From Mizuhopecten yessoensis (taxonomy: Eukaryota), in assembly GCF_002113885.1 (NCBI RefSeq), contig NW_018405607.1:117329-181328 (forward strand): a stretch of DNA of 64,000 bases, in the 5' to 3' direction. Positions 12,581 through 24,732 of the stretch are shown here, piece by piece; position 1 is the first letter of the stretch; the number at the start of each line of letters is the position of its first letter. A program made the translations under genes and the position numbers. The notes beneath the pieces are model-generated. The model was not told where the DNA came from. It searched no databases and was given only the letters and a program-made list of their open reading frames with translations.

Positions 12581-13434
12581 GCTGATCTGGGACCTGTGTG
12601 TATTCCCCTGTAAATATTGATCAAAAGTGTAAACACTATTGATTAACTATACATGTGTATATACATAGAGTGTTGGTGCGCTAGCATGGCTACAATGTAG
12701 GTCATCAAAAATAATCTGCTTATGTGCTTATACAGAAACGAATTCAATTAATCCACCCAAATAATGAATAATTTATCGCCATATTTTGTTGTATACAGAG
12801 ACACCTGCTAAGTAACCTATATTTGTGTATTCAGGCCGTCTGTGAAAAGACTATACATGTACATGTTTACTTAAAGACTTTTGGAATTTTAATACCAAAA
12901 TGGAATGAAGCTACCAAATATTCTTTTTACATTTTATAGGAGAACCAATTTGACATTAGCAAATCCTGGCCCCAGTTCCTCCAAAATTTAAATTTACCTC
13001 TTTAAATTTAAAATTTAAAGTTTAAAATTAAACTGACCTCCGCTCAGAGATTTCCATAGAAACCAATGCTTAAATGAATGAAAATGGTTTTGCTTAAACC
13101 CAACAATGCTTTTCAATTAAAACTTTGAAAAATGATAGCACATCTGAGACAGTTTTTTCTAGCAAGGGGAAAAACATTTTTTTAAATTAATAAAAATCAT
13201 AATGAATTTATGAATTTTTGCATGAGCTGATAGTGGAAACATCTAAATCTCATTGACAAGAGGTGTGTGGACAAATGTAACCCCCCTTTGTGGTGGTGCA
13301 TGTCAATGTCGTGAATACACTTTGAAATGAAATACTGTTTATTCAGTCGTTTTTCTTTTCAAATATAATTTTTATTGTAATTTAACTTTATCTATAGGAA
13401 AACATAAAATAATCTCAAAAAAAACAATTGTTTA

Positions 13435-13990
13435 CCATCTTCGAAATTCTTGGGGTTACGCTCACTTTTATATATGTTCTCTGCACCCCTGGGATATGTC
13501 ATGACAAAATTGATGCCATACAGCTAGCTATTTGATTGGTTTCAGGAAAAACTAACTGATGAATCGCTAAGGCTGATACACTGTACCTGTCCTTTGAAGA
13601 TAACAGAAGAGCTACACATGACTTCCTGTTAGTTTTACTGTTAGGCTGCTGCGCTATTCTTTTAATGTATCCCATCTTTGCGTATTGCAGAGTTATCTTC
13701 TCTTGTGAGCAGGTATTGATTGTTACGTCATTTGTTTGTGAGAGAAAGTCATCAATTTTTTTTAGAAAAAGACGTAATTTTCTCACACAAACCAATGACG
13801 TAACAATCAATTCCTGCTCTCAAGAAAAGATAACTCTGCAATACGCAAAGACGGAATACATCAAAGACCAGATTAGTCTATACATAATCCACAAGTTGGT
13901 GCATACAGAGCCTATTATTTCGTCACGACCTTTACCAAGGGAGCAGAGAACGTTAGTGATCGAATGAAACCTTGACATTTCGAGGATGTC
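13435..13990. mobile_element. Degenerate MITE (also at 42630-43140) carrying a nested palindromic MITE
   Basis: Shares ggggttacgctcac..tctctgca.ccctgg.atatgtc, tacctgtcctttgaa and tcgaggatgt with 42630-43140. Confidence 0.55.
13670..13856. mobile_element. Palindromic MITE flanked by TA
   Basis: About 60-bp TIRs (tctttgcgtattgcagagttatctt...tgattgttacgtca). A second copy lies at 35576-35750. Confidence 0.85.
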
Positions 13991-14173
13991 TACATACTTT
14001 AGCATTAAACGAAATGAAAAAAAAATAGAATCCTTAAATCAATCTTTTGGGGGACATACCAAAGGGAAGTAATCCCTCAGTGACAGCACTTCGGACTATA
14101 GTGGTAAGCTTAATTGTGTAACACCAGAGACGTTTTGACGAAGAGAGGGCAAGTAAATGTAGTTAATATTCAC

Positions 14174-14207
14174 CAATATAGACACAAGTGTATGGTAAGA
14201 CTGGCAT
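14174..14207 (-). CDS. DegT/DnrJ/EryC1/StrS-like aminotransferase, coding exon 1 (MPVLPYTCVYI + G, phase 1)
   Basis: ATG at 14207 with an in-frame TAG 10 codons upstream. A G|GTGAAT donor at 14174/14173 gives phase 1, matching the phase-1 acceptor at 11684 and yielding ...CVYID-ADWRDLL. An acceptor (tttcag) at 14375 bounds the 5' UTR part of the exon. Confidence 0.7.
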
Positions 14208-14586
14208 CGTAACTGATTTTCTATGCCGTCTCGTCTATGCGTCACATCTTCACAAACTGTGCTCAGTCCATCTTCAAATTCTAGAGGGTGATGTTTCAAA
14301 TTCTATCTTGATGATTTTCAATCATTTCGGAGCTGGGTTTTTTCCTGAAACTTCTGATATAAGTTAGCTGCTATCTGAAACATAGAGAAATATTCACAAA
14401 ACTTACAGGGCATAGAAGCAGATAAATGTATAATACTAGAATTACTTAAAGTCAAACTCTGTATACAGGGATAACAAATTAATCAGCATCTGTCAATGTT
14501 GACTATATATATGCATTGCCTATGAAGTAGATTCCTGGGCTGGGATGATTTCAAATGACCTGAGGCGGCTAAGTTAGAGTTTGAAG

Positions 14587-16172
14587 GTCATGCATAAAAA
14601 GTACCCCCCTACCAAAAAGTATCCGGATACTTTTTATACCTGCATAAAATGTACCCCCNNNNNNNNNNNNNNNNNNNNNNNNNNNNNNNNNNNNNNNNNN
14701 NNNNNNNNNNNNNNNNNNNNNNNNNNNNNNNNNNNNNNNNNNNNNNNNNNNNNNNNNNNNNNNNNNNNNNNNNNNNNNNNNNNNNNNNNNNNNNNNNNNN
14801 NNNNNNNNNNNNNNNNNNNNNNNNNNNNNNNNNNNNNNNNNNNNNNNNNNNNNNNNNNNNNNNNNNNNNNNNNNNNNNNNNNNNNNNNNNNNNNNNNNNN
14901 NNNNNNNNNNNNNNNNNNNNNNNNNNNNNNNNNNNNNNNNNNNNNNNNNNNNNNNNNNNNNNNNNNNNNNNNNNNNNNNNNNNNNNNNNNNNNNNNNNNN
15001 NNNNNNNNNNNNNNNNNNNNNNNNNNNNNNNNNNNNNNNNNNNNNNNNNNNNNNNNGAGTCATGTAAAAACATTTACAGTTATGTTATAGTCATTACCCA
15101 ACCTATATTCAACTCCCCACCCCCCCGGATACTTTTTATACACCCGACCAAAATGTCCCCCCGGATACTTTTTATACCCTGACCAAAAAGTACCCCCCTA
15201 TGAAAAATCTCATATTTCTGTGTTTTTTTTATACAATTGAGTTCAGAACTTGAACAGGACATCACAGGGGAATATTTATCCACCCCTACCCCACCAATTT
15301 ATTAAAGACTTTGTTTCTGTTAAACATGAATAAATATTAAAACACTTAATTGCATTGGTTTGTTTTATATGCTGTTTTTAATCAGGTGGTGAAACCTTAT
15401 CCTTATTAGCAATATTCATTCAATTTCAAATATATCATAGTTGTATTAGTTTTTAAATAGATTAATTATATGTGTTGATAAAGAAAAATGGTCGGGTTGT
15501 ATAAAAAGTATCCGGGGGGTGGGTAATGACTATAACATAACTGTAAATGTTTCTACTTGACTCTCCAAACGTAATTGTGTCCAGCGATTGAAAATTATTT
15601 TGGCATCATTTCCTGGCCCCGGGGGTGGGGATTGGTGGGGTAGGGGTGGATTAATATTCCCCTGTAATGTCCTGTTCAAGTTCTGAACTCAATTGGATAA
15701 AAAAAAAGAAGAGAAAAATCATTTTTTTATAGGGGGGTCCTTTTTGGTCAGGGTATAAAAAGTAACCGGGGGGTACATTTTGGTTGGGTGTATAAAAAGT
15801 ATCCGGGGGGTGGGGAATTGAATATAGGTTGGGTAATGACTATAACATAACTGTAAATGTTTCTACTTGACTCGATCCCCAAACGTAATTGTGTCCAGCG
15901 ATTGAAAATTATTTTGGCATCATTTCCTGGCCCCGGGATGGGGATTGGTGGGGTAGGGGTGAATAAACATGCAACTGTAACGTTCTGATCAACTTCTGAA
16001 CTGTTCTTGATTAAAAATTTTGAAACATTTGGTTTTTTCATAGAGGGGTACTTTTTATACAGGGGGGGTACTTTTTGATAGGGGTATAAAAAGTATCCGG
16101 ATACTTTTTATTCTGCATAAAAAGTATCCGGATACTATTTAAGCAGGAGGTACATTTTATGCATGACACCGG
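14587..16172. mobile_element. Foldback element with long modular inverted arms, spanning an assembly gap
   Basis: Termini gtcatgcataaaa / ttttatgcatgac-accgg. 15057-15298 is the reverse complement of about 15630-15873. Repeated aaaaagtatccggatacttttt palindromes. Direct repeat 15490-15650 vs 15780-15960. Confidence 0.8.
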
Positions 16173-16699
16173 GTTCAAATCCCAAGTCTAGCCATTGTAG
16201 TTTTCCATGGGACACCATGCATTCCACAGCCTGCTTGCCGTGGTATATACATATTGTTTATTATACATGTTAGGTACATGAAATCAGAGGTTATCACATG
16301 GTATGCCGTTCTCATGTGCACCCCCACATGCATTAAAAACTCTGTTTTCACAGAGTTAGTGCACTTCAATTGTACATGTAAGAATGAATTAATCAATGAA
16401 GTGTAACTCGCTCAAGAGAAAAAATCATGCTGACAACATATACTACAATGCAGCGCAGGCACCATTAGGGGTAATGTTAGCGTTGGGTGCTCTGTATCAC
16501 TTATTTAAAGAAATGAAAATAATGCAAATTTTATTAATAGAATAAGTCACCAATGTAGAAGGTTTATTTATGACTTGCACGCATCCCATGCATGTGTTCT
16601 AGAGGTAATTGATGTGTAGCTTGCAATGATGACCACTTGCGGAGATGGGAACTTGTGAAAGTCTAACACCAACAAGACCCAGTCTTAGTTGTGGATATA

Positions 16700-17222
16700 T
16701 ATTTCTCCCACCCTTCCTAGGTGTCCCCCTTTTAAGCTGGGAAAGATCCGCTTGTCACCCCCTAGGGGAGATAGCCTCAAGCAGAATAGCGCTATCTAAG
16801 TCATTACAATAGCATGACGTCACGTCATCAGTGTCAGACCATGGAAGACAACTCTGGATTCGCTTGTCGCGCCCTAGGGGGAGATAGCCTCGTGCAGAAT
16901 AGTGCGATCTAAGTCATAAAGATAGTATGACGTCACGTCATCAGTAGCAGACCATGGAAGCTTCTAGACAATTGCGGATTTGTTGGAAAAACGTGCAATC
17001 AATTTCATGCAATCACTGCTTGTCAGCGAATTTGTCAATGAAACAGGATAAGAGAAAAACAATCATCCCCTTCCTTGAGGGTGTGACAGAGAAATCTCAA
17101 ACCCTCGGGATGATATTCTCGAATGTCTTACCTTCAGCAAAGCCACGGGTAACACAATGAAGAATATCATCCCTCAGGTTGGAGATTTATCTGTCACACC
17201 CCCAAGGTAGGGGGATATTCTA
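16700..17222 (+). mobile_element. Crypton-like non-autonomous element with terminal hairpin and internal ~112-bp duplication
   Basis: Hairpin at 17065-17215 (gggtgtgacaga...ctcggc/cttcagc-aaa-gcc...tctgtcacaccc). Tandem copies at 16749-16848 and 16861-16960. Confidence 0.55.
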
Positions 17223-18465
17223 TAAGTGAAAATATCTCCTTTAAGGACTTAAGGCCTACCAAGGATTATGATTCATACATCATTGAGTTTTCAATAAATA
17301 TACATTGACATTTTAGAATTATTCTTTGTCATCTGTAATTATAGGTTTCACTGCAGCACAGAAATGAATTTTATACATATTGAAAAGTGAAACAATATTT
17401 AGAAATCTATTTTTGTTGTGATGGAGTGAAGACAGATCGAATTAGCACGTGACACACCATTTTATCAATTAAGGCAATTTTCGAGGTTAACCTGCATGGC
17501 GTTGTATATACAAACATCAGCTGAGAGGCACAGAGTTTCAATCCTATAAAACATGTTCATATATAATTAAGTTGATGTTAGGCTGCATAAATCTCTTTAC
17601 TTCCAGTCTATTTATCAGTTTATCACTGATCTCCTGTTTCCTGAGTATGATCGAACAATACAGCAAATATTCCCATTAAAGTGTCACCTACAATGTACTT
17701 ATCTATCGCCATGACAATCATGCAGTAGTTACTGGTAATCCGGTATAAAATACACAAATGTAAGTCATAACTGGTATCTGCATGAACAACAACATTTTAT
17801 TCAAACTTAATTTGCATAAAGCTGAACTGTATCAAATAGCTTTTTTAAATAAATTCAAATATAATGGTGCTTATAACTAACTATAAATATTTAATTTGCA
17901 CAATTTAAAACCTTTTTAACAACATTATAGAATCATTATTCAATCTAACATATTTTTTTACCTTTCTTAACAGCTGAATTCATTTACACCACAAGACACA
18001 TTTGAACATTTGAACTCTTCCCATTCAAAGGGAAGAAGAGTTCATTATGAAATTTTAGGTGTGAATGAGTTAATGCTCTTTCACCGATCCGATTCCCTCA
18101 CAAAATCAACTTTAATCTGACAATTATTCATGAAATGTTAAATCTCAAAATGTCATATCATCTGATTTTGCTGTGGTATTTTGAAATTAAAATCATCAGT
18201 TATGCAGACATAATTAATGTGGAATGAGGAAGAGTTGACAAGCTAGTTTGATTACAATCTGGTATAACTTTTGAACGCATATATCCGATCTGTATTCATC
18301 ATCTTTCAAAAATGGATACTGTACTACATGATATTTGATTGAAAAAAAAAATATAGAAATGCAACAGTTTAAAAAGTAAGTTTAAAAAAAACATGCTATC
18401 ATTGTACAATATATACTAGCTGCAAAATTTTGCTACTTCTCTTCAGCTCAAGTGGAAATATCTAA

Positions 18466-18492
18466 CTAGTAGTAGTAGTAGTAGTAGTAGTA
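18466..18492. repeat. (TAG)n microsatellite
   Basis: Direct read. Confidence 0.95.
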
Positions 18493-19058
18493 AATCCCTC
18501 CTCTTGTAGGATAATCTGGCACCAGAATGAACATACAGCTTCACGAGCTGATAAACTATATTTGTAGCTAGAGACTTTGAAAAACTAATGACCTCTGTAG
18601 CATCATGGACTAAGATAATTCCGTGGTTATATGTATAATTTAATTATCATGCATAGAATTTATATTTATGTAGCATATGTGGAATGGAATTATATTTTAA
18701 GAATTGTCTGATACCGTTATGGCGGTCAGGTTAAACTAAAATTCTAGGCCTACTCATATAATTTTCTGACATTTTCGACGTTGAAAAAGTACCGACGATA
18801 TCATTAGATCTGATATTTACTTCCCGAATGTGAACAAATCAATGTCACTGCTGAACACGTAAAAATCAATAATTAATCACAAGTTGCAAAATATTCCACG
18901 TAGCCTTATCTAAGACTAGGGGTGAAACAACGCTGGCAAACAACGTACGCCGCGAAAGGGGGTGTGTCATACGTAAAAAAGTTTTTTTTTATAAGATTTC
19001 AATAATTACACAAGTTTAAAAATTGAATTTCCTGACGAGTTTTGAATATAATACTTAC

Positions 19059-19137
19059 CTAAATATACCACAGTTAGACAATCATGCATAACTCGGCGAC
19101 AGGTGTGTTATCATAGGTAAGCCGATTGAATATGCAC
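19059..19137 (-). other. Upstream exon of the DegT-like gene (5' UTR exon, or alternative first coding exon MHDCLTVVYL+G from 19089)
   Basis: Strong acceptor (tgcttttacag) and donor (TAG|GTAAGT) 79 nt apart. The phase-1 end is compatible with the 11684 acceptor. Confidence 0.55.
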
Positions 19138-20409
19138 CTGTAAAAGCACAGACAGGTAATTTAAATCACCCTTAAGTTTTTTACCTTGAAGCTAGAGAGC
19201 GGTATAACAAGAACAGTAACTCCGTATGACACTATATATATATGATGTAGTCTACATGAAAATAATGCAAACATATCGAATGCGTTTTTTGTTTTGTTTG
19301 ATTTATTTATTTGTTTATTCCTTTTTAATTAAGATATTTTCACAAATTCTAGCAAATCAGAACCATATATATACCTGAACACGAACTTTCAGTGATGCTA
19401 GAATATTCATCAAAAACAAAGTTGTTCGATCACCGTCTATTTAATTAAAATCGGGCAATTAAAATCCTGCATAACCAGTAAATCTGTATAAACAAGACAT
19501 GATACACAATACGCCTGTTCATGTGTAGGTAATTATAACGTTTCTAAGTAAAGTATAACCAGTGTTGATTTAAACTAGACGTAGCGACATCTAATTCCGT
19601 GATATACGTCTATAGTGATAGGCCTACATGTAGATGTACCGTTACATATTGTACAAGTACAAATGTTTAGCCTTATTTAATTTAAAGATTAACATTTGAA
19701 AACACTTGTGTATTTTACACATACAAAGTATTGTTATGAAATCATTTTTTCACAGGTCGACAAGATCTTATACAAACTTATCCTACATTAGGAAACCGCT
19801 TTAATAGCCTACTTTAACTCGAGCACATTTCACAGAAGTTATCATTTCTTCTTGATAAAAAGTACATAAATGTCACACGAGTGATAAATTCCACAAATAC
19901 ATTTTACAATATATAAATATATATGAATTAGCAGTTGCATTCTGAATTATTAGTCAACTTACTTGGTAAAATGTAACAATTAAAAATACATACGTAAAAC
20001 CACGGAATTAGATTAGAAAGTCCGTGGTAAAACTAACCATACTTTTGCGGTTGATAGCGTAATACGGTATAATTGTAATATGATCACCAGGGTCAAACAC
20101 TAGGAATTAGGCCTAACACACTACAGAAAATGTAAGTGTGAGTCGATCGACTGGTACAAACATATGTAAATATGGTCCTAAACAAAACTGAGACAAGTAA
20201 AAACCGTACAGGTTTATCAAGGTACGTTGGGTCGATCGTTGGGTTGAAGATAAGCGACCTATTGAATTGGTCGATGAGACATCACGTACATTGTAAGTAT
20301 TTCTTTCTTTTTTTACTTCCTCAGTATAGTTTATATGATAAGCCGCACAGGGACATGAGAATTATATTAGAAGATTAACACATGAAATATATGGCATTTT
20401 ATAACTTAC

Positions 20410-20500
20410 CCGTTTAACGACTCATGTCTCTGTAGTTCAATAACTCTAATCTACAGTGTGCTCTCGAACTATCACAGGGGCCTCGGGAAATGGAATTGGC
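20410..20500 (-). other. Candidate non-coding first exon of the DegT-like gene
   Basis: Consensus donor CGG|GTAAGT at 20410/20409 upstream of the 19137 acceptor. The 5' limit is not determinable. Confidence 0.25.
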
Positions 20501-20880
20501 ACTCTTATTTATGTGAGTTGGATGTTTCAACCGATAATGACACTTTTATTGTCAATTTTATTTTATTAACGATATCAATCCCGTCTCTCGCCCAAAATTG
20601 AAAAAAAATCTCATTCAAGACTAATTCGGAATGGCCATAGCACAATTCCTTGAACACAGGGACGTGAGAATCAAGACATGCTGTAGGATAAACTCATCTT
20701 TGTACAATATTAAATTATGACAACACTCTTTCGTAAGTAACAGTAAGATATTTGTGTGAGGTAAGTTCAAACATTATTTTTATGTTTAATATATATATTA
20801 CTTTGTCCACAGTTAACAAAAATACACATTGATAGACTGGTATTAAGAACGAACCCCCAAATTGCTTTATTTCACTTGTT

Positions 20881-21661
20881 AACAAGAGGCACAGATGGCC
20901 TGTATCGCTCAGCTGGATATCTAAGCAATCATGGCAAAACATTCTCAAAATAAGATCCAAGGGAATTGGCCAGACCGCTAGGCCAATCCTTGTAGCATAT
21001 CTGTATTAGATTTTTCATACCCAACAATTGTATGTATGGTTATAGGGTCAGGATCTCAAATGTTTCAAAGCTGTGACCCATGAACTAGGTCCATAGGGTT
21101 GTGGCAAGGGGTTAAGTCTGCAAGGGTGGGGCAGACTCCGGGGTCAATTATAATATCATGAATTCATTCATCTCTTTATATTCAGCAATTGTATATATGG
21201 TTATAGGGTGGGGATCTCGACAATTTCCAAGTAATCAACTATTTTTGGCCCCATCCCTTAGCCCGGGGGGTCAGCCCCATCATTTGTACACTTTTGAATC
21301 ACTGCCTCCAATGGATGCTTCCAACCAAATATGATTGATATCCAGTGCAAAGTTCTACAGAAGAAGTCGTTTATAGCAATGAAGCCAAATTACCCTCTTT
21401 TAGACACGCCCCTCAGCCTCCTGGGGGGTCAGCCCCACCATTTGTACAATGTTGAATCCCCACTACCTAGGGATGCTTCCAGTCAAATATGGTTGATATC
21501 AATCTCTTAATTCCAGAGAAGAATTCCGGACGGACGACGGACGCCACGGTATGGCATAAGCTCACCTTAGTCCGTCGGACCGGTATGGCATAAGCTCACC
21601 TTAGTCCGTCGGACCGGTATGGCATAAGCTCACCTTAGTCCGTCGGACCCGGTGAGCTAAC
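20881..21661 (+). mobile_element. Non-autonomous Helentron (second subfamily) with ~160-bp internal repeats and a triplicated 3' end
   Basis: 5' aacaagaggcacagatggcc...gctcagctgg, internal repeats near 21245 and 21400, GACG microsatellite, and 3' ggtgagctaa. Confidence 0.8.
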
Positions 21662-23179
21662 AATGAAAGCTCCAGATTGCAATACATCTATTGAGTTTTG
21701 AAACTTGATATGGCGCTTAGTTAATTAGCCATGTCTCGTGACTTGTAACAGGCAAACAATTACACAATTTTGTTTCCTTATGGCAATGTCACACATGATT
21801 GAATGGTCTACTTAAGCGACGAGAAATCCCTGCGCTCTGTAGATATTATACATAATATGTAAAAGTTTAAATTTTAGTTTTGATAGATACGAATAAGACA
21901 ACAGGGTACGACCTTCCATTAATCCTGAGGATATATGCAACATTGAGTTTTACGAACGCTTAATTCCAAATTATGCAAAGAATTATGATATTCGGGGTAG
22001 CACGCACTTCCAAGGACTTGTCCGCGAAGTTTCGGCCTTCAAACCATAAATTGTATCTATTTATTAATCTGAGTTATAGTTGAAATAGCAATGCATTTTG
22101 ATTCGATTTTTTTCAAAAATGTAATTCTCAGAAAATACTAATGATTTTGAGTTTATTAATACAGGTAAATTTCAAATACGAAATTTTCTGTTTAAATTTT
22201 ATTTTCCGATTGCCCCCCTTTGGATAGTAAAATATCACACACGGGACACTGCGAACGTGCGATTGGTCAATAACGGAGTGCGTACCTGTGTGGTACGTGT
22301 ACCACTTCCCTGATCTATGTATAATTCATGGTAGATCAATCCCTGATAGATTTATCAACAGGTCTCAGCGCCAGATTGACCTCGGCTGTCAGCATGTTTA
22401 GCTTCTCTTGATCATGAAAATCAATGGGTAGCAGTAGAATAAAGTGAGTTATTTAGCATAGTGCAGGCCCCACTGGACCTCCTAGACCTCTCCCACTTCA
22501 CCCCGCACGCCACAACCACAATCCAACCCAAATCGCCAACTTCCAACCCGCACCTTAGAGGGGAAACATATTCTGACTCAAATACACTATATGGTCAAGG
22601 TGACGCTTCCCAACTTCAATACTTGATTGGTTCTCAACTTCGCGTTACAGGAGGCAATACTTGATTTAGTGCATCATATAAAGTTCCATTTTACGCAACT
22701 ATAACGTCCGGTGCAACGAAGGACCTGGATTCAGAGATATTTGTGTATCATTTTAAAATAACACATACAAACAAGATCGATTATTGCAGGCATCCTCCAA
22801 AATTCCTACTAACCCGTTATCATTCATTTCAAGTTATCAGGGGTGGATCCAGGGATTCCGAAATCAATCCTTCCCGGAATTGTTTGCGTTACACTCCATC
22901 TCACCTCAACAGACGTATCACTGACTGTATCAACTGACCCCCTGAGACACAAAACAACAGAGGTCAAATGGAGGCTAACCCAAGAAACCCTAGGAGAGAC
23001 TTATTGCGAAAGGTGGGGATACTCCTTATTGGGGCATCCAAATGTTAGTTCACATTCTTCCCATTTTATTTCAAAAGGAGGATGGGGTGTTTCTGGACAC
23101 CAAAGTCCATTAATCTTTGACATGCAAATAAGTTATTATTATCATAAGACATGATATTGTTCTTAATTGTCTTAAACAG

Positions 23180-24181
23180 ATCATCAGCACAATGATGTCA
23201 AACATGTCACACGGTGTTGAACATAATAAGGTCATGCAGGGTCACAAGGTGGTATTGACAGTCTATTAACCAAATAACGTTATACATGGTCACACGTTAG
23301 TCTTAACAGACTATTAACACAATAACGTTATACAGGGTCACACGGTAGTCTTAACAGTCTATTAACGCAATACGGTTATACACTGTCACGAGATTATTTT
23401 AATGGTCCATCAACGCACAGGGATCATACAGGGTCATACGTTAGTCTTAACAGCCCATCAGCACAATCAGGTCATTCAGGGTTACACGATAGTCTAATTA
23501 ACGGCCCATCAACACAATCAGGTCATACAAGACCACACGGTAGTTTTATTGGCTCATCAACACAATAAGGTCATACAGGGACACACGGTAGCACTAACGG
23601 CCAATCGACACAATAAGATCATACAGGGTCTTACAATATTATTAACAACCCATTTACACAAGTAGGTCGAGGTCATACAGGGTCACACAATATTCTTAAC
23701 GGTCCATCTACGCAAGGAGGTCATACTGGGTCACACGGTAGTCTGAACGACCCATCGACACTATCGGGCCATACAGGGTCATACGGCCCATCTACACAAT
23801 GAGGTCATATAGGGTCACATGATAGTTTGAACGGCCCATCGACACAATACTGTCATACAGGGTCACAAGGTAGTCTTATTGGCTCACCGACACAATAACG
23901 TCATACAGGACCACATGGTAGTCTGAACGGCCCACCAACACAAAGCGGTCATACAGGGTCACAAGGTAGTCTTATTGGCTCACCGACACAATGACGTCAT
24001 ACAGGACCACACGGTAGTCTGAACGGCCCACCAACACAAAGAGGTCATACAGAGTCACATGATTGTTTTAACAGCCCATCAAAATCGATGTGATCATACA
24101 ATAACAGCCCATCAATACAAAAAGGTCATATAAGGTCACATGATCTTCTTAACAGCCCAACAGCACAATGAGGTCATACAA
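23180..24181. repeat. 48-bp satellite, about 20 copies, with a local ~96-bp dimer
   Basis: Consensus ggtcatacagggtcacacggtagtcttaacggcccatcaacacaatxa. Period 48 (23521, 23569, 23617). Confidence 0.95.
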
Positions 24182-24732
24182 TAACTGCCAATCAACGCAA
24201 CGGTGTATTATAGTGCCAAGGACTACCTTGAATTGCTGAGTGACTATAAAAGACAATTACAAATTCAAAACAGGGAATCATAGACAGGGAGATGGAATGA
24301 TACTTATTGAGAGTCAAAACAGATTCTGTATTTTCCGTGATAGCGAACAAATAGGAGATGATCATGAATTCCACTGCTTACAAAACTGTTGATCGCTCTG
24401 CGATTATAGAAGTTATTTTTAAGTAAGACCAAACATTATTAGATTTATTGAACTTCTTATTTCAAGAAAAATACGAACTCTGATAATTGAAAATAATTTT
24501 AAAAGAATCTGTACTCTTTAAGAAGGCGGAATTGTTGACGTATCGAAATTTACAAATTACCTAGTGATTAGGACATTTTTTAAGCAGACCAAGCGCTGGG
24601 CACCAGCTAGCACATGGAACTGATTTTCAAAACGAGGCCACCGTAAAGCAATATTGGCAAAGCTATAAATTACGAAAATTCACCAAGGTGGCGAACACAA
24701 AAAAATATCTATAATTAAATGTACAAGTAATT

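Noticed and set aside
14060-14173. Alternative donor TTG|GTATGT at 14060 as the end of coding exon 1
   Set aside because: The 14207 frame stops shortly after 14174, and the frame ending in phase 1 at 14060 has no ATG after its last stop.
14569-15182. Long ORFs rich in X (also near 33960-34172 and 35932-36277)
   Set aside because: They run through N gaps.
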